DNA of 35,614 nt from a virus (Duplodnaviria > Caudoviricetes). A program made the translations under genes and the position numbers. Positions within the stretch are counted from its first letter, which is position 1. Each line of letters opens with the position of its first letter. The notes beneath the pieces are model-generated. The model searched no databases. It was not told the DNA's origin and saw only the letters and a program-made list of their open reading frames with translations. Below are positions 1 through 9,371 of this stretch, piece by piece. Where the stretch lies: positions 1 through 35,614 of IMG/VR virus record IMGVR_UViG_3300028145_000014; one strand, 5' to 3'.

Positions 1-4
1 AATC

Positions 5-2071
5 ATGTCCGGTGGTGGCCCGCCGCCAATCAACGGCATTCTGCGCAACTTCCGGTATTGGTCACATCATCTGTCTGAGATACAGATACAACAGATCACA
101 TCGGCAGGCTACTTCCGTGATCCACCGGTGTTTGACTTCGATCTGAAGCAACCGACCATTCCGCGTAGGCTGTCATTCTACAAAGGCAACACATCTGGAC
201 AGATTACAACGACAGACGCAAGTATCACCGATGCAAGTGGTGCGCCATTCAACACGTATGGCATGGGGCCTGCTGCAATCATCCCGCGCACGAGTCCGCA
301 GGGGGTTTGGTTGGAGCAAGGCAGGACGCAGTATATTGGTCAATCTAACATACCTGGGACACGGCTGACTGCAACACTCGCCAACAATCAGGGCTACATT
401 CTGTTTGTGAACGGATCAGGCAGCGCACGTGTTACCGCAGGAACAGCAATCCCTATCTTCGATGCTGGTGACACAGCGACATACGGCAATCCGATCAAGT
501 TCAACATCGTTGGCAGTGCGAATGGCAATGTCAATGTCACACTCACTGGCACATTGAATTGGTGGCAGATGGAGAATCTTGGCCCGAACTCTGCTGTGCC
601 AGGTGTCAATTTAGATGCGTCTTCATTCATACAGGCCGGTAGCACAGGCTCACGTGGCACTGAATCATTGTATATGAAGGCCGCGAATTGGTATAATGCA
701 GACCAGCACACGTATCTCTACGAAGGCATGATCACTGGTCGTGCAGCAAGTTGTGTGTTAGCGAGTGTGTTTAATAGCCCAGGCGAGCGTGAACAACTAT
801 ACGCACCACTGACGGATGGCAACACGGGCGTCGGAATGCGCATTACTGGTGAACGACACAACAACAATGTCAACTACGGTGGCATCTACCAAGCACAGGC
901 CGACCAACCACTGAACACGATCTTCAAGGTCGCGTATGCAATCGACATGGCGAAGCGCACGATCGTAGTGAATGGCATCATCGGTGAGACATCATACAAC
1001 TCCGGCCCGAGTCTGTATCCAACTGACTTTATAATCAACAATCAACGAGTGGACATCACCAACTCATTTGTTGCTGGTTTCACCCGTGTGCGTCGTATGC
1101 AGATGTATGACTACGCGATGACACCGGATGAGATGGCATCGCTCACTGCTGGTGCAGGTGAAGCACTTGATCTTGACTTCATGCAACCGGGCACACTCCC
1201 CGCCGGTATGACATTCACACGTGCGTCTGTAGCCACATACTTCGATAGTGCTGGTGTGATGCAGACTGCTGCGACGGGTGTAGCACGTTGGGAATACGAT
1301 CCAGTCACACATGTGCTGCGCGGTCTGTTGATCGAGGAACAACGCATCAACATACTGCTGAACGCTGCGACACTCGTGACACAGAGTGTGACTGTCACGG
1401 CTACAGCATACACGCTGTCATTCTATGGCACAGGCACTGTCACACTTAGTGGTGTAGCGACGGGCACGCTCGTTGGTGTCGGTGCAATGCCTAATCGTGT
1501 GACGATGACGTTCACACCTACGGCTGGTTTACTGACACTGACTGTGACTGGTTCTGTTGTGTCTGCGCAGTTAGAAGCTGGTGCATTTGCTACGTCATAC
1601 ATTCCTACGACCGTCGCTGCTGTGACACGTATCAAAGAATTGTTGACTATGCCCGCTGGTTCATTCGGCTCCATGTTCACAGGCACCATGTTCGTCGAAG
1701 GTATGCAGATGGGCCTGTGGTCGAAGCCCGCGACATACTTCGCAATCAGCACAGTTGGTAAGCTTGGTTTCATCGTGCAGGCTGCCAACCAACTTGCATA
1801 CTTCGAGAATTTAGGACTGAACCAACAGATGGGAGAGGTCCCAACTGGTAGACCATTCAAAGCTGCATTCTCATTTACACCAACTGCACAGTCTGGTGCG
1901 CTCGATGGCGTGTTGAGTCTAGCGAATAGCTATGCGCTGCCTGCTACGACACGAAGCACCATTGTTGTTGGCACAGATACCAATGTGCAGCAACCGAATG
2001 GCTACATTCGTCGTGCCAAGATATGGACTCGCACGATGCCTGACGAAGAACTGATCGCTCTGACGAGGTAA
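5..2071 (+). CDS. Virion fibre/spike protein with tandem beta-sandwich (LamG/ConA-like) modules; probably 5'-truncated by the window edge
   Basis: Frame is open from the window start; Thr/Gly/Asn-rich. Contains TFTRASVATYFDSAG...GLLIEEQRINILLN...QLEAGAFATSYIPT, typical of phage head/tail fibre proteins. The module-end motif recurs three times (NGILRNFRYW..LSEIQIQQIT; TRVRRMQMYD..MTPDEMASLT; NGYIRRAKIW..MPDEELIALT). Confidence 0.7.
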   Translation: MSGGGPPPINGILRNFRYWSHHLSEIQIQQITSAGYFRDPPVFDFDLKQPTIPRRLSFYKGNTSGQITTTDASITDASGAPFNTYGMGPAAIIPRTSPQGVWLEQGRTQYIGQSNIPGTRLTATLANNQGYILFVNGSGSARVTAGTAIPIFDAGDTATYGNPIKFNIVGSANGNVNVTLTGTLNWWQMENLGPNSAVPGVNLDASSFIQAGSTGSRGTESLYMKAANWYNADQHTYLYEGMITGRAASCVLASVFNSPGEREQLYAPLTDGNTGVGMRITGERHNNNVNYGGIYQAQADQPLNTIFKVAYAIDMAKRTIVVNGIIGETSYNSGPSLYPTDFIINNQRVDITNSFVAGFTRVRRMQMYDYAMTPDEMASLTAGAGEALDLDFMQPGTLPAGMTFTRASVATYFDSAGVMQTAATGVARWEYDPVTHVLRGLLIEEQRINILLNAATLVTQSVTVTATAYTLSFYGTGTVTLSGVATGTLVGVGAMPNRVTMTFTPTAGLLTLTVTGSVVSAQLEAGAFATSYIPTTVAAVTRIKELLTMPAGSFGSMFTGTMFVEGMQMGLWSKPATYFAISTVGKLGFIVQAANQLAYFENLGLNQQMGEVPTGRPFKAAFSFTPTAQSGALDGVLSLANSYALPATTRSTIVVGTDTNVQQPNGYIRRAKIWTRTMPDEELIALTR

Positions 2072-2078
2072 GGACAGA

Positions 2079-3872
2079 ATGGCGAAACCACCGACGACTG
2101 ATCAAGAACTCACGGCACGTGTTGCTGCACTTGAACAGCGCATGACTGTCGCAGAGACAGCAATCGACGAAGCTGAGACCGACATTGATGACTTGGATGC
2201 ACGTGTGTCTACACTTGAGGGTGGAACTGTCGATCCGTTACCACCTGATCCGCCCGATCCGAACCCGGAACCCGGCGTGCGTGTGCCGTTGAAAGTCAGC
2301 ATCGCATACAACGGACTCGACGTGCAATATGACGAACTTGTCGGCACGGTGCGACAGAACTACGTCGATCCGAAGGGCGAGTTCGAGCAACGCAGCATTC
2401 AACTCGCGAATGTCGCACTGCCGAACATCCTGCTGCACATCCGGCCCGATGTAGACGGCAAGCGTGAAGAAGTCGTCATCGAGAACACATCGATCGAGTC
2501 CGGCAAGAACCCCGGCGTGTTGAAGAACTACAAAGTCACGATCATGCAGGGTGACACTGTGCTGCATGAGGAAACTGTGCCACAACACTACGGTTACTCG
2601 CGGTGGCGTTGGTTCTCGTCACCACGCCCCGTTCGCGAGACCGTGGCCGATCTCATTGCGCGTGGGCTATTGCTGAACTACAAAGAAGAACTCGCACGGC
2701 AGACACCGCACTCGCAAGTGCATACATACACGACGATGGGTCTCGCTGGCATCACCGGTTCAATGACCGGCACAGGTGAGCGACCAGACATCGGTCCGGT
2801 GACTGAGTATCAGGGCGACTACATCTGCAATGGTGCAAACCTGTCAACCGTCATCGCACAAGGCGAAGCATGTGGCACACTGCCGATACACTGGCGCGAC
2901 AAAGCAACCGGTGCATGGATCGATCCGTTCGTCACACACCCGAAGGCATCGCAATACAACTCAGGTTCACCCAATCCATACTTGCCGACCGACTGGGCAC
3001 TCAATCCTGACAATGGCGACCGCGTTGCGACAATCCAGTGCGACGCTGCACACTTCCCGGCAGTTGCGTATCTGCCGTGGTTGTTGACCGGTGATCCATA
3101 CTACGTGGAGGAACTGCACGCCATCGTGTTGTTCACCATCATCTCACAGCCGTGGAATGGTCGCGAGTTCAACATCTGGTTCGCAATCCGTGCGCATGCA
3201 TGGTCATTGCGCTCAGTCATGCAGGCTGCGAAGACAACACCTGACGTGACGCCCGACTGGATGCTGCCGAAGTCGTTCTTCGTCAACTACATGAACCAGA
3301 ACCGCGATTGGTTGCTCAACGGCTTCGTCAACAACACCGCCGCGCCGTATCCACTGTTCGCCACGACTGAGAAGTCATTCGGCGACAACGACGAGTCACC
3401 GGCTGCACCGCAAAGCACATACTCGCAGACATACATGGAGGAATTTGAACTCGTCATCTTCGCATGGGCAGTTCGCATGGGCTTCGCTGACTGGAAACCC
3501 ATCGTCGAGTGGAAAGCGAAGAACACGATCGGTCGAACTGACGGCAAGTCCGGTTGGGTGCGTGCAATCAGCACACCGTATCGACAGAACTTGCGACCAG
3601 CGAAGACTGCGCCGTGGTGTGCAACATGGAAGGACTCGTGGGATTTGACGAACTCACGGTATCACTTCACGTTCACCGATCCGAACGTGCTGGCGATCAC
3701 AGGCAATGACATCTCGTATCCGTCATACACGGAAGGTGCACTCGCTGCGGCCAAGTCTGTCGGCGTCACTGCTGCTGCTGCATCGCACGAGTGGATACAC
3801 GGTCAGGTCGAGACACTGATCAACGGCTCGACCGGGCGCTCGCGTGCACGAAAGTGGTGCATCAGTGGCTAA
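2079..3872 (+). CDS. Putative virion-associated protein: N-terminal coiled coil, Pro linker, large aromatic-rich domain (possible alpha/alpha-barrel carbohydrate-active enzyme)
   Basis: 597 aa; SD AAGGA before ATG; heptads LTARVAALEQRMTVAE..LDARVSTLE; linker DPLPPDPPDPNPEP; motifs TGERPDIG, DAAHFPAVAYLPWLLTGDPYYVEEL, RAHAWSLR. The CDS is secure; the function is inferred. Confidence 0.5.
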   Translation: MAKPPTTDQELTARVAALEQRMTVAETAIDEAETDIDDLDARVSTLEGGTVDPLPPDPPDPNPEPGVRVPLKVSIAYNGLDVQYDELVGTVRQNYVDPKGEFEQRSIQLANVALPNILLHIRPDVDGKREEVVIENTSIESGKNPGVLKNYKVTIMQGDTVLHEETVPQHYGYSRWRWFSSPRPVRETVADLIARGLLLNYKEELARQTPHSQVHTYTTMGLAGITGSMTGTGERPDIGPVTEYQGDYICNGANLSTVIAQGEACGTLPIHWRDKATGAWIDPFVTHPKASQYNSGSPNPYLPTDWALNPDNGDRVATIQCDAAHFPAVAYLPWLLTGDPYYVEELHAIVLFTIISQPWNGREFNIWFAIRAHAWSLRSVMQAAKTTPDVTPDWMLPKSFFVNYMNQNRDWLLNGFVNNTAAPYPLFATTEKSFGDNDESPAAPQSTYSQTYMEEFELVIFAWAVRMGFADWKPIVEWKAKNTIGRTDGKSGWVRAISTPYRQNLRPAKTAPWCATWKDSWDLTNSRYHFTFTDPNVLAITGNDISYPSYTEGALAAAKSVGVTAAAASHEWIHGQVETLINGSTGRSRARKWCISG

Positions 3873-5415
3873 CAAACGCTATCGCATCACTGAAGGTGGA
3901 ATGCACGACCGGTTCCATCAATCACGTGCGAAGATACAAGTCATCGGCGGCGGTTACGGCAACGGTAAGACCGCCGCCGCCTGCGTGAAGGCGCTGAAAC
4001 TCGCGATCGAATATCCCGGTTGCAATGGTCTCATCGCTCGCAGCACGTATCCAAAGCTGAACGACACGATCCGTCGTGAGTTTATGCAATGGTGCCCGCG
4101 TCACTGGATCAAGCGCCTCTACACGAAAGATGATAACACAATCATCCTGACGAACGGCACGACGATTAACTTCCGGTATGTAGCTCAGCGTCGCCGTGAC
4201 CAAGAAGAAGCACAGTCGAACTTGTTGTCTGCCACCTATGACTGGATCGTTGTAGATCAGTTGGAAGACCCCGAGTTCAGCCACAAAGACTTTATGGACT
4301 TGATCGGTCGGTTGCGCGGTGGAGCAACATACGAGGGAAATGACCGATCTATGCCGAAGGTCGGACCACGTTGGTTCATCGCCACTCTCAATCCAACACG
4401 GAATTGGTGCTATCGAGAGATCATTAAGCCGCTGCACGATTACAAGCGCGGCCTCATCAATCCGAAGTTGATTTGTCAAGTGGACGCGGACAGTAAGGCT
4501 GTCCTCACTAACGGGCGACCGACACCTGTAGTCGAGTTGTTCGAGGGCAGCACATACGAGAACGTGGATAACGTCGGCGAAGATTACATCAAGACGATGT
4601 TGTCCACCTACACGGGTAGTATGCGTGATCGCTTCGTCTATGGTCATTGGGGTGCACTCTCCGGTCTGATCTATCCGACATTCGATGAAGCTGTACATTG
4701 CATCGCACGCGATGAAGCGTTCGAGTATCTGCGCGAGATGCGCATGTCTGGGTATCGACCGACGTGGATCGAAGGCTACGATCATGGCCTCATGCGACAC
4801 AGTTGCTACGGACTGTTCTTCGCTGATGACGACAACAATATTGTCCTCATGGACGGGTTCCGCGTTCGTGAACAAACTGTCGCACAATCTGCCGAGTCCA
4901 TCAAACGCATTCGTAACCTATATAACATCAGCGACGAAGAACTCACAACGCCGATCTTTGCCGATCCTGACTTGTTTCGACGCAAGACCGGCAACTCGCA
5001 GACAGTCGGCGAGACCGTCGCCAAGCTGTTCGCGGATGAAGGCATTGACATGCAGCGCGGGAACAATGACATCAATTCCGGTGTCGCTAAGAATTGGCAA
5101 TACCTGACGCCGGTGCCGGACCACGAGCATGTAGTTACCGCAGTAAGTCCTGCGCCGCATTTCTACGTTTGCACTGAGTGCGACTGGTTCATTGACGAGA
5201 TCACCGAGTATTACTTCAAGCGTGACACGTCGGACGAGATGACCGACAAGCCGACCGACCGAAATGACCATGCGATGGACATGTGGAAATACGCGATGAC
5301 GCAGCGACCGAAGCTCGCTCGGTATATAGGCAAGCCGAACACACCGCCCGCGTATCTAGCGTGGCATGAGATCGAACGCGAAGAACGTAGACAAGCGAAG
5401 CCGAGGCACAGATGA
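3865..5415 (+). CDS. terL: Terminase large subunit
   Basis: Walker A GGYGNGKT (3946-3972), Walker B-like WIVVDQLED, coupling motif ATLNP, RNase H-type nuclease residues (GYDHG, FADP, NDHAMD). Start placed at GTG 3865, overlapping the upstream stop. Confidence 0.93.
   Translation: MANKRYRITEGGMHDRFHQSRAKIQVIGGGYGNGKTAAACVKALKLAIEYPGCNGLIARSTYPKLNDTIRREFMQWCPRHWIKRLYTKDDNTIILTNGTTINFRYVAQRRRDQEEAQSNLLSATYDWIVVDQLEDPEFSHKDFMDLIGRLRGGATYEGNDRSMPKVGPRWFIATLNPTRNWCYREIIKPLHDYKRGLINPKLICQVDADSKAVLTNGRPTPVVELFEGSTYENVDNVGEDYIKTMLSTYTGSMRDRFVYGHWGALSGLIYPTFDEAVHCIARDEAFEYLREMRMSGYRPTWIEGYDHGLMRHSCYGLFFADDDNNIVLMDGFRVREQTVAQSAESIKRIRNLYNISDEELTTPIFADPDLFRRKTGNSQTVGETVAKLFADEGIDMQRGNNDINSGVAKNWQYLTPVPDHEHVVTAVSPAPHFYVCTECDWFIDEITEYYFKRDTSDEMTDKPTDRNDHAMDMWKYAMTQRPKLARYIGKPNTPPAYLAWHEIEREERRQAKPRHR
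5133..5148 (+). repeat. 16-bp quasi-palindrome copy 1 (AGTTACCGCAGTAAGT), inside terL
   Basis: 15/16 match to ACTTACCGCAGTAAGT; read as V-T-A-V-S. Confidence 0.9.
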
Positions 5416-5588
5416 GCTTAATCATAATCGTCATCGTCATTCTACTGTTGTTCGGTGGATTGGGCGGTGGTTACTACGGATACCGCGGCGGATACTACGG
5501 ACCCGGTGGATTTGGCATCGTCGGTATCCTGCTCGTTATACTCGTGCTGTTCTTGCTGTTCGGCGGCGGTATCCACGGAAGGTTCTGA
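5412..5588 (+). CDS. 58-aa two-TM membrane protein, DUF3309-like (not in ORF track)
   Basis: ATGA overlap with the terL stop. Translates MSLIIIVIVILLLFGGLGGGYYGYRGGYYGPGGFGIVGILLVILVLFLLFGGGIHGRF; ends 3 nt before the next ATG. Confidence 0.85.
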   Translation: MSLIIIVIVILLLFGGLGGGYYGYRGGYYGPGGFGIVGILLVILVLFLLFGGGIHGRF

Positions 5589-5591
5589 TCG

Positions 5592-5981
5592 ATGAGCGGC
5601 GAGTTCGACGACATCATCAAACAAGTCATGCAGTCGCGCGGCATCACGCCTCCACAGACAGGTAGTGGGTCGTTGTTTGACACTGATCCGTCGAATGCAC
5701 AAGGTCTGCAAGTTCCTGGCAACTTGAACCTGCATCAGCGACCGGTCGTGCACAACAGCAACGGCAGTATCTCGACTGTGCGGTCTGCAACTGTCGGTAA
5801 TGATCAAGGCCAACAAGTGTTGATCCCGACTGTCATCCCAGGTCGCGGCATTGTGCCGATTGACCAAGCACAGAAGTATTACGAGATGACTGGTCAGCAC
5901 CTCGGCATCTTCGATACGCCGGAGAATGCAGACGACTACGCAGTTCAACTGCACAACAAGCAAGCCGGTGAATACAGATGA
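5592..5981 (+). CDS. Conserved phage protein of unknown function (129 aa)
   Basis: GNLNLHQRPVVHNSNGSISTVRS...VLIPTV...YEMTGQHLGIFDTPENADDYAVQLH resembles a small domain I recall from phage virion proteins; ATGA-coupled to the portal gene. Confidence 0.75.
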   Translation: MSGEFDDIIKQVMQSRGITPPQTGSGSLFDTDPSNAQGLQVPGNLNLHQRPVVHNSNGSISTVRSATVGNDQGQQVLIPTVIPGRGIVPIDQAQKYYEMTGQHLGIFDTPENADDYAVQLHNKQAGEYR

Positions 5982-8308
5982 GCGGCACAACTCCTGAAGA
6001 CCCAAACAAACTCGAACTGGACAATATCCAGGAGCCGGACGGTGTTCAGCGCGCATACGATGAAGCAGGTGTGCCGCCAGATGCGCCCGTCGAGCCGCCG
6101 CCTGTTTACAAAGTTATGCCGGACAGTCGAATACCGGTGTCAAGCAAGCGTGGCACACTCTGGCGCGCTCGTCGTGATCTCGCACAGAAGGCGATGGGCG
6201 ATCTCCCCGATGCATGGGATGAAGCCGTGCGTTATTACAAGCACGATCAGCAGGAGCATCGTGACGGTCATGATGTTGGGGTCTCGGGTAATCGTTATCT
6301 TGCACGGCAACTCAATGAGCGTCTCACCTCGACAGAGAACATCGTATTCTCCAATGTTTCATCGCAGGTTCCTGAGCTTTATGCGAAGAACCCAATCATT
6401 ACACTTACGGGCACACAAGGCGGCGATGAAGCAGTTCGTGCAGACAACAATGAGTTCGCACGTGCAGGCGAGAAGCTGATCAACTCGTTGTTCGGTATGA
6501 AAGGCTCACCGGGTGTCAATCTCAAGCCCAAGGCCAAGCGTAACGTATTGAACACACTGTTGATGAACCGTGCATGGTTCGAAGTCGGCTATGTCCAGAA
6601 GGATCAATCGAGCGAACAGGCACTACAGAACATCATCACACTGTCGCAGCAACTCGCCGAAGCCAAAGACGTGAACGAGATGAAGCGCATTGAGGCCAAA
6701 CTCTATGCGCTGGAGGAACGTGTCGAGTTCTTGCAGCCGAGCGGTCCATTCGTGCGCGTGCGTCTCGCTGGTCAAGTCTTGGTCGATCCTGATTGTCAAG
6801 ACCCTGACGGCATTGCTGCAAACTGGATGATGATCGGCGACATGTTGCCAACCGATTACATCAACGCAGTCTATGGTGAAGAAAATCCTGAGAACCCCGA
6901 AGAAGTGCACTCGATCTTCGAGCCAACACACATCATGGTCGGTGGCACGTCCGGTGTGAATGGCGGCGAGACCGACATGGGCAAAGACAACTTCTCGCTG
7001 TTCAACAAGGAAGCTGCATTCAAGAACTACGGCTTCAATGATCAGTCATCGTTCGACAAGGCCAAGCGCACGCAGGTTTGGTATGTGTGGGACAAGGTCA
7101 CGCGTCGGCTCGAACTGTGGGCCGACAACGACTGGAAGTGGCCGATCTGGGTATGGGATGATCCATACCAGTTACAGAACTTCTTCCCACTCGTGCCGAT
7201 GTGGTTCCACGACGATCCGTCATGCATGTATGCGAAGGGCGAGGTGTCATACTACCTCGACCAACAAGACCAAATCAACGAGATCAACGATGAGAAGCGC
7301 CGTGCACTCATGTGGGCACGACGCAACATCTTCTTTGATCCAGACAGTGGCGTAACGCAGGATCAAGCCGACAAAATCCTGCAAGGACCACGGGCGACGG
7401 CAACGCCGCTCAAAGTGCCCGAGGGCAAGAAGCCGGAAGACATGCTCTTTTCGATCACGCCGCCGAGCACAAACTTTGCGTCGTTGTTCGACAAGAAAGA
7501 CCTGTATGCTGCAATCGACCGCATCGCAGCTACATCCGAAGCACAGCGCGGTGGTGAGTTCAAGACGAACACGACGAACAAAGCCATCGACTACTACAGC
7601 ACGATGGGCAACATGCGTATGGACATGCGCCTCGACGCAATCGAGGACGCCATCGCAGATGTTGGCTGGAAACTGCTGCAACTATGTCTACGCTTCATGG
7701 AACCGCAGACCGTGCAAGCGATTACGAACCTCGATGTCACACAGTTCTGGAAACCGCTCGATCCGTTGGCCGACATGAACAGATGGTCGTGCCTGTGTGT
7801 CGGTGGTTCGACACAGAAGGCATCAAGTCAGGCAAAGAAGCACGACGCGGTCGAGATCGGACAAATCCTGTCGCAGTATGTCAAGGCAGCACCTGCAACA
7901 GTGCTGAAGGCATCACTACGCATGTTCAGTGAAGCGTTCGATAGCTTCTCGATCACGAAGGAAGACTGGGCTGCAATTGATGCTGAAGTAGAACACACAT
8001 TGGTTGCAGGACAGGGTGGTGCACCGGGTGTTGGTGGAGGCTCCCCATCCGGTGCACCTTCACCTGATCAACCGGGTGCAACACCGGGCGGCGGTGAACC
8101 ATTGCAGATGGCAGTGATGGTTACGAAAGCACTCGAACAATTACCGCCGCAAGTATTGAAGGCTATCGGTGTTGCACTTGCACAAGGTGCACCACCACAA
8201 GCAATCTTGGCACAGATGCTACAGGCCGCTCAAGGTGGAGGTGCGCAGCAAGGCAACGGCGCAGCACCACCGCAGCAATCAGCACCAAGTGGAGCTAGAC
8301 TACAATGA
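5978..8308 (+). CDS. Portal protein (podovirus type)
   Basis: 776 aa between terL and scaffold/MCP; portal-like segments (ENIVFSNV, VLVDPD, VWYVWDK, FFPLVP, LDQQDQINEIN); Gln/Gly/Pro-rich C-terminal tail. Confidence 0.85.
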   Translation: MSGTTPEDPNKLELDNIQEPDGVQRAYDEAGVPPDAPVEPPPVYKVMPDSRIPVSSKRGTLWRARRDLAQKAMGDLPDAWDEAVRYYKHDQQEHRDGHDVGVSGNRYLARQLNERLTSTENIVFSNVSSQVPELYAKNPIITLTGTQGGDEAVRADNNEFARAGEKLINSLFGMKGSPGVNLKPKAKRNVLNTLLMNRAWFEVGYVQKDQSSEQALQNIITLSQQLAEAKDVNEMKRIEAKLYALEERVEFLQPSGPFVRVRLAGQVLVDPDCQDPDGIAANWMMIGDMLPTDYINAVYGEENPENPEEVHSIFEPTHIMVGGTSGVNGGETDMGKDNFSLFNKEAAFKNYGFNDQSSFDKAKRTQVWYVWDKVTRRLELWADNDWKWPIWVWDDPYQLQNFFPLVPMWFHDDPSCMYAKGEVSYYLDQQDQINEINDEKRRALMWARRNIFFDPDSGVTQDQADKILQGPRATATPLKVPEGKKPEDMLFSITPPSTNFASLFDKKDLYAAIDRIAATSEAQRGGEFKTNTTNKAIDYYSTMGNMRMDMRLDAIEDAIADVGWKLLQLCLRFMEPQTVQAITNLDVTQFWKPLDPLADMNRWSCLCVGGSTQKASSQAKKHDAVEIGQILSQYVKAAPATVLKASLRMFSEAFDSFSITKEDWAAIDAEVEHTLVAGQGGAPGVGGGSPSGAPSPDQPGATPGGGEPLQMAVMVTKALEQLPPQVLKAIGVALAQGAPPQAILAQMLQAAQGGGAQQGNGAAPPQQSAPSGARLQ

Positions 8309-9360
8309 GTTATGCACGCAGTGCCGACAGCGGCACATCGACTGAAGACACGATCCTCAACAACATCCCAGGTATCGATGACAATACTGGCGATGACACT
8401 GGTGGCGGTGTCGGTGATACTGGCACTAGTGGCAGTGACACTGGTGGTGCGCGAGGAACTTCGGCTGCGCCGACTGAAACGGGCGCTCAACCAACTGATC
8501 GCGTCCGACACGACGGACTGTTAGAAAGGCCAAATCCTGAGAACAATCGTGCGCGTGATCTTGTTGACCCTCGCACTGGCCGTATTGTTGCACGTGGCGG
8601 CATTGAGCGCCATGTCTTTGAAGAAGGCCAGCGGCATGCACGTGAGAACGCAACTCTCAAGCAGGAACTCAACACACTTCGACAGCATGTCGGCACAGTC
8701 AGTGAAGTGTCACGTGTTGCCAACGAACTTGCCGTCACACCCGAGAACCAAGTCATTGCTATTCGAGTAATGGCCGACTTCGTCCGCGATCCGGTGCGCA
8801 CGCTTCAGTCGCTGATCGAAGAAGTCAAGTCGAAGGGTTATCCGCTGCCGTTCTTGACGGAAGGTGTGTCACCCGGCATGGACCTCAACGCAATCGGTCG
8901 CATGATCGATGCGAAGATGCTGCCGTTGACGCAGCAACAGCAGAATGCACAGCGTCAGGCCGAACAAACCGCCGCGCTGACGAAACAACTTGACGCTTTC
9001 CTGGTGACAAACCCCGAGGCCAATGCTAACCTCGGTGTGATCGCCAAAATGATGGAGGCCCAGCCCCACCTCACCCTGCATGATGCGTATGTCAAGATGA
9101 TGCAGTGGTGCTACACGAACGGACTTGACTACTCGCAACCGATCAAGCCGCAAATTGACGCAATCAATGAAGCGGCGCAACAGCAACAGAACCAGCAGCC
9201 TACTCAGCAGCCTGTGAATGGCCGTCGTCCACTGCCAAACGGCAGAAGCAGCACTGCCGGAACAACACCAGTCGGCGACGCACGCTCATTCGACGAAAAC
9301 TCTCCGTGGAGTGCCATCATTCGGCAGTCGATGGAAGAAAGTGGAATGACATTCAGATAG
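8305..9360 (+). CDS. Capsid scaffolding protein (putative)
   Basis: Between portal and MCP; low-complexity acidic N-terminus, helical Gln-rich core, short C-terminal helix (WSAIIRQSMEESG). Confidence 0.7.
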   Translation: MSYARSADSGTSTEDTILNNIPGIDDNTGDDTGGGVGDTGTSGSDTGGARGTSAAPTETGAQPTDRVRHDGLLERPNPENNRARDLVDPRTGRIVARGGIERHVFEEGQRHARENATLKQELNTLRQHVGTVSEVSRVANELAVTPENQVIAIRVMADFVRDPVRTLQSLIEEVKSKGYPLPFLTEGVSPGMDLNAIGRMIDAKMLPLTQQQQNAQRQAEQTAALTKQLDAFLVTNPEANANLGVIAKMMEAQPHLTLHDAYVKMMQWCYTNGLDYSQPIKPQIDAINEAAQQQQNQQPTQQPVNGRRPLPNGRSSTAGTTPVGDARSFDENSPWSAIIRQSMEESGMTFR

Positions 9361-9371
9361 GAGTTGAATAG

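Noticed and set aside
3922-4887. 321-aa antisense ORF within terL (and similar ones at 5442-6056, 9573-10121, 28148-28837, 32681-33322)
   Set aside because: Shadow ORFs opposite well-supported genes; no recognisable motifs; expected from codon bias.
8139-8154. Degenerate palindrome-like sites AATTACCGCCGCAAGT (8139), TGTTACCGCAGGAACA (430) and CGTTACTGCGGTTACA (17319)
   Set aside because: Three to five mismatches and lacking the invariant 13-mer; cannot be distinguished from chance without a scored scan.
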